Part shown: piece by piece, positions 1-7,858 of the stretch
How positions within the stretch are numbered: position 1 is the first letter of the stretch
Layout of the letters: each line of letters begins with the position of its first letter
Assembly: GCA_964577465.1 (NCBI GenBank)
Contig: CAZNZF010000001.1
Coordinates: 1-60,480, forward strand
Length of the DNA stretch: 60,480 nucleotides
Source of the DNA: an uncultured bacterium
GTDB lineage: Bacteria > RBG-13-66-14
Reading direction: 5' to 3'
Translations under genes and position numbers: made by a program
Notes under the pieces: model-generated
Told to the model about the DNA's origin: nothing
Databases searched by the model: none
What the model saw: the letters and a program-made list of their open reading frames with translations, nothing else

Positions 1-52
1 TCCTGGGGCCGGATAAAGGCCGAATTCGAGTAATTCACCCTTCTATCGCCGC

Positions 53-78
53 AAAAAAAGACCGCCCTCGGACGGTCT
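53..78 (-). terminator. Rho-independent terminator downstream of asnA
   Basis: A GACCG...CGGTC hairpin lies at about 60-77. On the minus strand it is followed by a T7 run (A7 at 53-59). It sits about 20 nt past the asnA stop. Confidence 0.7.
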
Positions 79-100
79 TTCTGTTGGACTGAAACGGGCG

Positions 101-1228
101 CTATTCCAGCACGTGGATGTTGCGCGGGGCGCAGATGTCCTTGAGCTGCTTGGGCCAGACGGTGACGCTGACCTCTCCCAGGTGCGCCGCACGTAACAGG
201 TACATGTAGGTGCGCGACTGGCCGATGCCGCCGCCGATGCTCAACGGAATCTGGTCGTTGATGATCGCCTTGTGGTACGGCAGGTTGAGGAAGTCCTCCT
301 GGCCGGTGATCTTGAGCTGCTGCCGCAAGGTGTCCTTGGTGACGCGGATGCCCATGCTGGTGAGCTCGTGGCGGCGCTTGGTGACCGGGTTCCAGACCAG
401 GATGTCGCCGTTGAGGCCGTGCATGGGCTTACCGTCGGCGGAGGTCGTCTCGGTGACCCAGTCGTCGTAGTCGGCGGCGCGCATCTCGTGGGGGTATCCG
501 TCCTTCAACACCCAGCCGATGCCGATGATGAAAACGGCGGGGTACTTCTGGATGATTTTCGTCTCCCGCTGCTTGCGCGGCAGGTCGGGGTACATGTCCA
601 GAATCTCCTCGGCGTGGAGGAAGGTAAGCTCCTCGGGTAAGTCGGGGTACTTGCTCGATTTGAGCTGGGGGTACATCTCCTGGGCCAGCTTGCCGGCGCC
701 GAGGATGACCTTCCAGATTTTCCGAACCGTGTCCTTGAGGTAATCCAGGTTGCGGTCCTGGGCGGTGATGACCTTCTCCCAGTCCCACTGGTCCACGTAG
801 GAGCTGTGGTCGTGGTCGAGGAAGTAGTCCTTGCGCACGGCCTTCATGTCGGTGTTGAGCCCCTCGCCGACCTTGCAGTCGAACTCCTTGAGCGCCATCC
901 GCTTCCACTTGGTGGCGGCCTGCACCACCTGGGCGCGGATGGGGGTCGCCAGGCCGAGGCCGCAGTTGAATTCGATGGGCGTGCGGGAACCGTCGCGGTC
1001 CAGGTAATCGTTCACGCCGCTCTCGCGGTCGACGATGAGCGGAACCTGGGTCATGAAGAGGTTCAGCTCCTTGCAGAGGTTTTCCTCGATATAGCGCTTT
1101 ATGGCGAAGAGGGCCTTCATCCTCTCCTTGGGCGGCAGGAGCGGCTTGTAGTCCGCGGGGAGGATTTTCTCGACCTCTTCGTACGTGCTGATGCCCGGTC
1201 CCGCCAGGTCAGCTTTCTTGTCGGCCAT
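101..1228 (-). CDS. asnA: Aspartate--ammonia ligase (asparagine synthetase A)
   Basis: Full-length 375-aa ORF with AsnA-type class II aaRS-like motifs, including PLSIGGGIGQSR near the C-terminus. An AAGGAGAA RBS lies upstream of the ATG. Confidence 0.9.
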   Translation of the reverse strand: MADKKADLAGPGISTYEEVEKILPADYKPLLPPKERMKALFAIKRYIEENLCKELNLFMTQVPLIVDRESGVNDYLDRDGSRTPIEFNCGLGLATPIRAQVVQAATKWKRMALKEFDCKVGEGLNTDMKAVRKDYFLDHDHSSYVDQWDWEKVITAQDRNLDYLKDTVRKIWKVILGAGKLAQEMYPQLKSSKYPDLPEELTFLHAEEILDMYPDLPRKQRETKIIQKYPAVFIIGIGWVLKDGYPHEMRAADYDDWVTETTSADGKPMHGLNGDILVWNPVTKRRHELTSMGIRVTKDTLRQQLKITGQEDFLNLPYHKAIINDQIPLSIGGGIGQSRTYMYLLRAAHLGEVSVTVWPKQLKDICAPRNIHVLE

Positions 1229-1778
1229 CGTCGGTTCTCCTTGTTAGGGTTGATTGCATATGTTTTTCTTCGAATTCACACGTCATTTTGTTTTTAATCA
1301 CATTATCCCAATCGAAACATTTACCATTCATGGAGATATAAACTCCATTCGGGAGAGTTTGAACGAACGCCAGGGAAGTTGCGAAATTAAAGAGGGCGTC
1401 GGAGCCGCTGAACTTATAAGGTATTATGGCCCCCGTCAATACAATCGTTTTATCCCGTATAGTTTCGGCCAGGACAACGGCGGTTTCCACAATCGTATCG
1501 GTTCCGTGGGTAATGATTATCCGGCGCTTTTTCATTCTCAGGCATTTTTTTAGAATCTTCGCTCTATCTGAGCCCGTCATGTATAAGCTATCGGTCAGCA
1601 TCAGAGTCTCGATATCAACATTCAATGTACAACGACTCAATTTAAGGATGTCGGGGAGGTTAATGCCCTTGAAGGAAAGGTTTCCATCAAGTTCATCGTA
1701 CACCTTGTCGAAAGTCCCGCCAGTGACGAGAATTTTAATGGACTTGTCGTTATCTTGAAAAGATCCCATAAGCACCAT
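1209..1778 (-). CDS. Short L-asparaginase-like protein (asparaginase N-domain only)
   Basis: 189-aa ORF with the asparaginase motifs ILVTGGTFDK (TGGT catalytic Thr region) and ITHGTDT. It is visibly AT-rich compared with its flanks. Its 3' end runs 20 nt into asnA. Confidence 0.7.
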   Translation of the reverse strand: MVLMGSFQDNDKSIKILVTGGTFDKVYDELDGNLSFKGINLPDILKLSRCTLNVDIETLMLTDSLYMTGSDRAKILKKCLRMKKRRIIITHGTDTIVETAVVLAETIRDKTIVLTGAIIPYKFSGSDALFNFATSLAFVQTLPNGVYISMNGKCFDWDNVIKNKMTCEFEEKHMQSTLTRRTDDGRQES

Positions 1779-1873
1779 TATTCATCTGAGCACGAAGATC
1801 CTCTTAAAGCTAGGCGCGTCTCACCAGCCTCGTTGGTTTTCCTCGTGGGAGGATTGCATCCGGAAACGCGTGA

Positions 1874-1902
1874 ATAGTATCGGTTGGCGGGCGTATTGTC
1901 AA
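1874..1902 (-). promoter_or_regulatory. Sigma70-type promoter for the asparaginase-like/asnA unit
   Basis: The minus strand reads TTGACA-N17-TACTAT (-35 at 1897-1902, -10 at 1874-1879), about 95 nt upstream of the ATG at 1778. Confidence 0.45.
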
Positions 1903-1979
1903 CGGGAGTGAGCCATCGCATCCGCTTCGTCGAGGCCCTCAAAGCCGCGGCCTGGAGAGCGAACCGGTATCTTCCGCCC

Positions 1980-2008
1980 TTGACTTGGCCCCGGGTGTAA
2001 GCCAAAAT
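1980..2008 (+). promoter_or_regulatory. Possible sigma70-type promoter for glnA
   Basis: TTGACT-N17-CAAAAT lies about 55 nt upstream of the glnA ATG. The -10 element is weak. Confidence 0.3.
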
Positions 2009-2063
2009 CCGACCTTGCTTAAAGCTGTGCCGTCGCGGTCAAAAAAACCCAGAGGTCAATTCC

Positions 2064-3398
2064 ATGAACACCCTTCAGGACATCAAACGGTTAATCGAGG
2101 AATCGGGCGTCCAGCTCATCCGGGTCTGCTTCACCGACATCATCGGCGACCTCAAGGGCTTCAACATATTACCCGCGGAGCTGGACAAGGCGGCCGGCGA
2201 CGGCCTCGGCGTGGACGGTTCCTCCATCGAGGGCTTCGCCCGCATCAACGAATCGGACCTGGTGGCGGTCCCCGACCTGGACAGCTTCAAGGTCCTGCCG
2301 GACGCGTTCGGGAACCGTGAGCTGCGGTACGCCCTGGTGTTCTGCGACCTCTTCACGCCGGGCGGCTCCCCCTACCCCGGTGATCCCCGCTTCGTCCTCA
2401 AATCGAACCTGGCTAAATTGAAAGCCGATGGCACGACGTTCTACGTCGGCCCGGAGCTGGAGTTCTTCTACGTCAAGGGCGAGAAGGACCCCGAGCCGCT
2501 GGACCACGGCGGTTACTTCGACGCGAGCCTGATATCCAAGACAGCCTTCGTCTGCGACAAGACCCTGGCCATGCTGGGCGACGAGGGCCTCGGCATCCGG
2601 GGCGAGCTGAACCACCACGAGGTGGGCCCCAGCCAGTACGAGGTCGACCTCCGCTACGGGGACGCCCTCGTCATGGCCGACCAGGTCATGCTTGTCAAGC
2701 TCCTGATAAAGGAGGTGGCGCGGATGTACGGCATCCACGCCACTTTCATGCCCAAGCCGGTTTTCCGGGAGAACGGCAGCGGCATGCACGTCCACCAGTC
2801 ACTCTTCAGGGACGGGAAGAACCTCTTCGTCGGGGAGGGGGGCACGGAGGCCCTGCCGGGGCTGAAGCTCTCCGACTTCGCCCTGAAGTACACCGCGGGG
2901 ATTCTGGCGCACATCCGGGAGGCGACCCTGGTGCTCAACCAGTGGGTCAACTCGTACAAGCGGCTCGTCCCAGGTTACGAGGCGCCGTGCTACATCGTCT
3001 GGGGGCACCGGAACCGCTCGGCCCTGGTCCGGGTTCCGCATTACAAGACCCCGCAGTCGGCGCGAATCGAGCTGCGCAGCCCCGACCCCGCCTGCAACCC
3101 CTACCTGGCATTCTCGGCGATGCTGGCCATGGGGATGCGGGGGGTGGAAGGCTCCTACGAGCTGGCCGAGCCCACCGAGGAGAACATGTACGACGCGGGC
3201 GAGCGCTCCTCGGAGATTGCCGAGCTCCCGGAAAGCCTCTCCGAGGCGATCCACCTCTTCGAGAAGAGCGACCTCATGCGCCAGACCCTGGGGGACCACG
3301 TCTTCGAAAAATTCGTCGCGAACAAGACCATCGAGTGGGACTCCTACCGTCAGGTCGTCACCGAGTACGAAATCCAGCACTCGCTGCCGCGCCTGTAG
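2064..3398 (+). CDS. glnA: Glutamine synthetase, type I (short 444-aa form)
   Basis: Full-length ORF with a GS beta-grasp N-domain and catalytic-domain motifs, including KPVFRENGSGMHVHQS. Confidence 0.92.
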   Translation: MNTLQDIKRLIEESGVQLIRVCFTDIIGDLKGFNILPAELDKAAGDGLGVDGSSIEGFARINESDLVAVPDLDSFKVLPDAFGNRELRYALVFCDLFTPGGSPYPGDPRFVLKSNLAKLKADGTTFYVGPELEFFYVKGEKDPEPLDHGGYFDASLISKTAFVCDKTLAMLGDEGLGIRGELNHHEVGPSQYEVDLRYGDALVMADQVMLVKLLIKEVARMYGIHATFMPKPVFRENGSGMHVHQSLFRDGKNLFVGEGGTEALPGLKLSDFALKYTAGILAHIREATLVLNQWVNSYKRLVPGYEAPCYIVWGHRNRSALVRVPHYKTPQSARIELRSPDPACNPYLAFSAMLAMGMRGVEGSYELAEPTEENMYDAGERSSEIAELPESLSEAIHLFEKSDLMRQTLGDHVFEKFVANKTIEWDSYRQVVTEYEIQHSLPRL

Positions 3399-3409
3399 GA
3401 GGTGCGCGG

Positions 3410-3871
3410 ATGGAACCCGTTTACGACACTTATTGCGGCCTGTACTGCGGCGCCTGCCCGGTCCTGCTGGCCAACGAGACCGGGACCGTGGAGCGGCGGG
3501 CAGTGGAGTGGAACATGAAGCCCGGAGAGCTGCGCTGCTTGGGATGCCGGTCGGAGATGACGGCGGTCTTCTGCACGGATTGCGTGATACGCCCGTGCGC
3601 CCGGGATCGGGGGATAACCTCCTGTTGCGATTGCAGCGAGTACCCGTGCGAGTTGCTCAGGAACTTTCGGGCGGACGAGCACCCCCACCACTCCGTAATC
3701 CTGAAAAACCTCGCCCGCATAAAGGAGAAAGGCCCGGACGCCTGGTTGGAGGAGCAGAAGCACCGTTGGAGCTGCCCGGCCTGCGGCGCGCGGTTCACCT
3801 GGTACGACGACCGATGCCCCGAATGCGGCGCCGAGACCTACGACTGCCGGGCCGAGGAGCTGGACCTGTAA
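3410..3871 (+). CDS. Cys-rich DUF3795-like protein
   Basis: Internal ATG at 3410, in frame with track ORF 2942-3871 and 12 nt after the glnA stop, preceded by GGAGG. The 153-aa product starts YCGLYCGACP and carries several further CxxC pairs, typical of DUF3795. Confidence 0.7.
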   Translation: MEPVYDTYCGLYCGACPVLLANETGTVERRAVEWNMKPGELRCLGCRSEMTAVFCTDCVIRPCARDRGITSCCDCSEYPCELLRNFRADEHPHHSVILKNLARIKEKGPDAWLEEQKHRWSCPACGARFTWYDDRCPECGAETYDCRAEELDL

Positions 3872-3946
3872 CCTGTCAGGGATTCCTCCGCCGACCGACC
3901 GGCGGGGAGCGGCTATATTCGGATTAAGCGATAAATACGATGGGGA

Positions 3947-3975
3947 TTGTAAACATCTGAAAAAGATGGCATACT
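3947..3975 (+). promoter_or_regulatory. Possible sigma70-type promoter for iscU
   Basis: TTGTAA-N17-CATACT ends about 30 nt upstream of the iscU ATG. Confidence 0.4.
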
Positions 3976-4003
3976 GGGGGCGGATGTCACAACGGAAGAG
4001 AAC

Positions 4004-4459
4004 ATGGAATCCTACACCGAAAAAGTCATAGACCACTTCCAGCACCCGCGCAACGTGGGCGAGATTCCCGACGCCGACGGCATCGGCCGCGTGGGCAACC
4101 CCACCTGCGGCGACATCATGGAGATGTACATCAAGGTGGACGCCGAGGGGCGCATCACCGACTGCAAGTTCAAGACCTTCGGGTGCGGTGCCGCCATCGC
4201 CACCAGCTCCATCACCACCGAGATGGTCATCGGCCTGACCATCGACGAGGCGGAAAAGCTCAGCCGGAACGACGTCGCGGAGGCGCTGGGCGGCCTGCCC
4301 TCGATCAAGCTGCACTGCTCGAACCTGGCCACCGACGCCCTGAAGGCCGCCATCGCCCACTACCGCTGCCGGAAGGACGGCTCCTGCCCCGACCTGGAGA
4401 GGATGGACCTGGGCGATACATGCGGCCACGAGGACCAGGGCGAGGACGGGCTCGGATAA
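4004..4459 (+). CDS. iscU: Fe-S cluster assembly scaffold (IscU/NifU N-terminal type)
   Basis: 151-aa ORF with the conserved scaffold Cys contexts GNPTCGD, FGCGAAIA and LHCS. Confidence 0.9.
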   Translation: MESYTEKVIDHFQHPRNVGEIPDADGIGRVGNPTCGDIMEMYIKVDAEGRITDCKFKTFGCGAAIATSSITTEMVIGLTIDEAEKLSRNDVAEALGGLPSIKLHCSNLATDALKAAIAHYRCRKDGSCPDLERMDLGDTCGHEDQGEDGLG

Positions 4460-4481
4460 CGGCGTCTTTTCCTGATCGACG

Positions 4482-4505
4482 ACGGCCCGCACCGGGCCGT
4501 TTTTT
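4482..4505 (+). terminator. Rho-independent terminator after iscU
   Basis: ACGGCCC-GCACC-GGGCCGT hairpin followed by TTTTT. Confidence 0.6.
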
Positions 4506-4632
4506 ACACCACCGACCGAGACTGGGTCTGGTCGGTATAATACTCACCGACAGTCGGAGGTCGCCGGGGGCCGCCTGACGCCCACCTTTTCACCGCCCGG
4601 CGGGACGACCCGTGTTTTGGGAAAAACGCGTA

Positions 4633-4661
4633 ACAAAAGGGGAGAGGCTGGGCCTCTCCCC
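4633..4661 (-). terminator. Rho-independent terminator after the RRM protein gene
   Basis: GGGGAGAGG-N5-CCTCTCCCC perfect 9-bp stem. On the minus strand it is followed by TTTTGTT. Confidence 0.6.
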
Positions 4662-4682
4662 CGTGCGTTTGGCAGTGCTTGT

Positions 4683-4952
4683 CTAGCGATCGGACCTGTC
4701 GTCGCGCGGTTTTCTCTCGCGGGCCTCATCCACGCGGATGGTCCGACCGTCGAGCTCGGCACCGTCCATCTCGGATATGGCGTTTCTCCCCGCCTCGTCG
4801 TCGGTGAAAGTCACAAAGCCAAAACCCCGGGACCGGCCGGAATCACGCTCGGTGATTACCTTGGCCTCGACCACTTCGCCGAATTTCTCAAACGCCTCAC
4901 GCAGCGACTGGTCGGTGGTGTCCCAGCTCAAACTCCCCACGAACAGCTTCAC
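4683..4952 (-). CDS. RNA-binding protein, RRM (RNP-1/RNP-2) type
   Basis: 89-aa ORF with RNP-2 (KLFVGSL) and RNP-1 (RGFGFVTF) motifs and an Arg/Asp-rich tail. Confidence 0.85.
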   Translation of the reverse strand: MKLFVGSLSWDTTDQSLREAFEKFGEVVEAKVITERDSGRSRGFGFVTFTDDEAGRNAISEMDGAELDGRTIRVDEARERKPRDDRSDR

Positions 4953-5077
4953 TCTCGGACCTCGTTTCTGGATGGCGCCTCGTGGGCGCTCGCCCTTGGG
5001 GGGAGACCCCCCTTCCGCAGGACGGCCGGTGGCCGCCCTCTTGATAACTCTAGCAAGTTAGGGGCTAGAGCGACGGA

Positions 5078-5106
5078 ATCATAGCACCCGCACTTCGGCT
5101 TGTAAA
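5078..5106 (-). promoter_or_regulatory. Sigma70-type promoter for the RRM protein gene
   Basis: The minus strand reads TTTACA-N17-TATGAT. It leaves a leader of about 120 nt containing a GGGGGGAGACCCCCC hairpin. Confidence 0.45.
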
Positions 5107-5114
5107 TAAAAAAT

Positions 5115-5384
5115 TTAACGTATAACGGCCGGCTTGCCCGTGGTAAGCGTCCCGTCCGGCGTTTTCAACGTGTACAGGTACATACCCGAGGCCAGCGTAA
5201 CTCCCGAAGAATTAACCACTTCCCAGATATACTCTTCGCCGTCCACCGTGGCCCGGAAGACCCTCGCCCCGCCGGCGGCAATGAATGGGGAACGCTTTAC
5301 GGCTGCGCCCGTGCATTGACGACCGGGCATGACCCCGTTTTGGTACAATGGGGTACCTGTTGGAACACTAACCCCAACGAACAC
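5115..5384 (-). pseudogene. Orphan C-terminal sorting-domain fragment (FlgD-Ig / T9SS type A CTD-like)
   Basis: The 89-aa ORF ends ...SGVTLASGMYLYTLKTPDGTLTTGKPAVIR, like secretion C-terminal domains. No passenger domain is possible because the MBOAT gene starts at 5387 on the other strand. Confidence 0.3.
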
Positions 5385-5386
5385 CG

Positions 5387-6826
5387 ATGCTCTTCAACTC
5401 CCTCCAGTTCGCCATCTTCCTCCCGGCGGTGGTCGTCGGGTACTGGCTCCTGCGCCGCAAGCCCCCCCGCTGGCAGAACCTGTTGCTGCTCGCCGCGAGT
5501 TACTTTTTCTACGCCTGGTGGGACTGGCGCTTTCTCGGGCTGATAATCGTCGTCTCACTGACGGACTACCTCGTGGGGCGGGGCCTGGCGGTCGAGGAGC
5601 GGCCGGGACGGCGGAGGCTGCTGCTGGCGGTGAGCCTGGTCGTCAACCTCGGCATCCTCGGATTCTTCAAGTACTTCAACTTCTTCGCCGACTCGGCGGC
5701 GCAGCTCCTGGGCCTGTTCGGGATGAAGGCCAGCCGGACCACCCTGGACATCGTCCTCCCCCTGGGAATCAGCTTCTTCACCTTCAAGTCCCTGTCGTAC
5801 TCCATAGACGTTTTCCGGAAAAAATGCGAGCCGACGCGGGACGCCGTGGCGTATTTCACCTACGTCGCCTTCTTCCCCCAGTTGACCGCCGGGCCCATCG
5901 AGCGGGCGAAGAACCTGCTGCCCCAGTTTTTGAGGTCCCGGACCTTCGACGTCGAGGAGACCAAGGACGGCCTGCGGCAGATTCTGTGGGGCCTGGTGAA
6001 GAAAATCGCCGTGGCCGATTTCCTCGCCGGGTACGTGGACACGGTCTTCCTGACCTACAACCAGCAGGACGGCCTGGTGCTGGGCATCGGGGTTTTTTTG
6101 TACGCCATCCAGCTCTACGCCGACTTCTCCGGCTACTCGGACATCGCCATCGGCGTGGGCAAGCTCATGGGGTTCAAGACCAACCCCAACTTCAACTACC
6201 CCTACTTCTCCCGGAACATCACCGAGTTCTGGCGGCGCTGGCACATCTCCATGATGAGCTGGTTCCGCGACTACATCTTCTACCCGCTGGGGGGGCCGTT
6301 CAAGGGGAAGGCGCGCTGGATACTCTACACCCTGGTGACCTTCACCGTGAGCGGTCTCTGGCACGGCGCCGACTGGACCTTCGTCGCCTGGGGCCTGTTG
6401 AACGGGCTGTACTTCATCCCCATGATTCTGAAGAAGGAGCCGCCGACCTTCACCGGTGTCGTGGCGAAGAAGCGCCGCCTGCCCAGCCTCAAGGAGACGG
6501 GCCAGATGCTGGGGACGTTCCTTCTGGTCCTGTTGGGCTGGGTGTTCTTCCGATCCGATTCGCTCGGGCAGGCCTTCGGGTACCTCGCCCGGATGGTCAC
6601 CCACCCGATCATGCTGGGCCAGGTCGGCTACCGCTTTTACCTGGTTCCGATACTGGTGTGTATCGGCCTATTAATCATCGAGTGGGTCCAACGGAGGAAG
6701 CCCCACGCCCTCAGAATCGAGAAGCTGCCCGGCTGGGCCCGCTGGGTCATCTACTACGCCCTGGTCATCGGGGTGCTCTGCTTCGGCACCTTCGGCGGCT
6801 CCGAGTTCATCTACGCCCAGTTCTAG
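5387..6826 (+). CDS. MBOAT-family O-acyltransferase (AlgI/DltB-like)
   Basis: 479-aa polytopic ORF starting MLFNS..F..F in the way typical of AlgI/DltB. The conserved His region reads FWRRWHISMMSWFRDYIFYPLGG. Confidence 0.88.
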   Translation: MLFNSLQFAIFLPAVVVGYWLLRRKPPRWQNLLLLAASYFFYAWWDWRFLGLIIVVSLTDYLVGRGLAVEERPGRRRLLLAVSLVVNLGILGFFKYFNFFADSAAQLLGLFGMKASRTTLDIVLPLGISFFTFKSLSYSIDVFRKKCEPTRDAVAYFTYVAFFPQLTAGPIERAKNLLPQFLRSRTFDVEETKDGLRQILWGLVKKIAVADFLAGYVDTVFLTYNQQDGLVLGIGVFLYAIQLYADFSGYSDIAIGVGKLMGFKTNPNFNYPYFSRNITEFWRRWHISMMSWFRDYIFYPLGGPFKGKARWILYTLVTFTVSGLWHGADWTFVAWGLLNGLYFIPMILKKEPPTFTGVVAKKRRLPSLKETGQMLGTFLLVLLGWVFFRSDSLGQAFGYLARMVTHPIMLGQVGYRFYLVPILVCIGLLIIEWVQRRKPHALRIEKLPGWARWVIYYALVIGVLCFGTFGGSEFIYAQF

Positions 6827-6834
6827 GAGCGGAC

Positions 6835-7857
6835 GTGTCCTCCATTCTAAAGCGTTTATTAATCTTCCTGCTCCCCATCCTGGCCCTGCTGGTTCTTCAG
6901 TATATAGTCGACCCGCTGGACATTTACCCGGGCGAACAACTTATCATCCCCGTCGCCTCCCACTACCGCTTCGTCAAAACCAACGACTACCTCTACAATC
7001 CGGACAACAAACGGGATTACGATGCCTTCATCTTCGGTTCGAGCCGGGTGATGCGAATCGAGGCGGCCCAGCTCGAGCAGTACGGACTGAAGGCCTTCAA
7101 CTACGGCATCAACATGACCCGCGCCGAGGATTATTACTGCCAACTGCGGCTGCTTTTGGAGAACAACACCGTACCGATTAAACTGATCATCGTAGGATTG
7201 GAACCGGAGCTCTTCAGCAACACCTGGCCCGTGCACCGGCAGCTTCTCCAGGTTCCCGAGCTGTGCCGTTACCTCGTCGCGGATCTGCCCCTCCCCGAGG
7301 CGGGTCACGAGGAATTCCTGCAGACCATCAGCGATTCGTTGCGCTACTCTTTCACGGCCCTGTGGAACCAACTGATGGGGATCAAACCCAGCGGCAAATA
7401 CGAGTTCGACCCCCTGACCGGCGACTACGTGGAGAGGGAGGCGCGCAGAAGCGTGGTCAAGATATCGAGCAACCTGCTGCAATCACTCTATAATATTTAC
7501 TCCGGCTTCACCGAGCTAGACCCCTCCCGGATCGCTTATTTCGACAAATTCATCGACCTCTGCTCCGAAAACGACATCCGAGTGATCGGCTACGTCACCG
7601 GCAACCACCCGACCATGATAGACTTCCTCCGGCAGTACACCGAGTACGACAAGATACTGGCCGAAGTGACGGCATACTGGGATTCCATCGAGTACGCTGG
7701 CTTCACCTGGCGGGACTTCACCAGCGTGGAGGCCTACGGCGGCGACCCCAACGATTACGCCGACCTTGCCCATATCGGCACCTACAACTCCGAGCGGGTA
7801 GCACGTTCCTTGATGGAAATTTACGAGACGACGGAAGTCGGCGCTCCCAAACCCTGA
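6835..7857 (+). CDS. MBOAT-partner protein (DltD/AlgJ-like, N-terminal anchor)
   Basis: GTG at 6835, preceded by AGGAG, 8 nt after the MBOAT stop. It has an N-terminal TM helix and an IFGSSRV motif resembling the DltD/SGNH-type Ser. Only the last 340 codons of track ORF 5329-7857 are taken. Confidence 0.5.
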   Translation: MSSILKRLLIFLLPILALLVLQYIVDPLDIYPGEQLIIPVASHYRFVKTNDYLYNPDNKRDYDAFIFGSSRVMRIEAAQLEQYGLKAFNYGINMTRAEDYYCQLRLLLENNTVPIKLIIVGLEPELFSNTWPVHRQLLQVPELCRYLVADLPLPEAGHEEFLQTISDSLRYSFTALWNQLMGIKPSGKYEFDPLTGDYVEREARRSVVKISSNLLQSLYNIYSGFTELDPSRIAYFDKFIDLCSENDIRVIGYVTGNHPTMIDFLRQYTEYDKILAEVTAYWDSIEYAGFTWRDFTSVEAYGGDPNDYADLAHIGTYNSERVARSLMEIYETTEVGAPKP

Positions 7858-7858
7858 T

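Noticed and set aside
3966-3981. A TGGCAT-N5-GGGC sigma54-like motif upstream of iscU.
   Set aside because: The -12 element is poor (GGGC instead of TTGC). The same bases overlap a better sigma70 -10 element (CATACT) with a TTGTAA -35 element at 17-nt spacing.
5469-5484. A TGGCAG...TTGC sigma54-like string inside the MBOAT gene.
   Set aside because: The spacing is GG-N11-GC, one nucleotide too long, and the string is deep inside a CDS.
5329-6834. The N-terminal 500 codons of the 842-aa track ORF 5329-7857.
   Set aside because: It overlaps the well-supported MBOAT gene in another frame and has an Arg/Pro/Gly-rich artefactual composition. Only the portion from GTG 6835, which has an RBS and a signal anchor, is kept.
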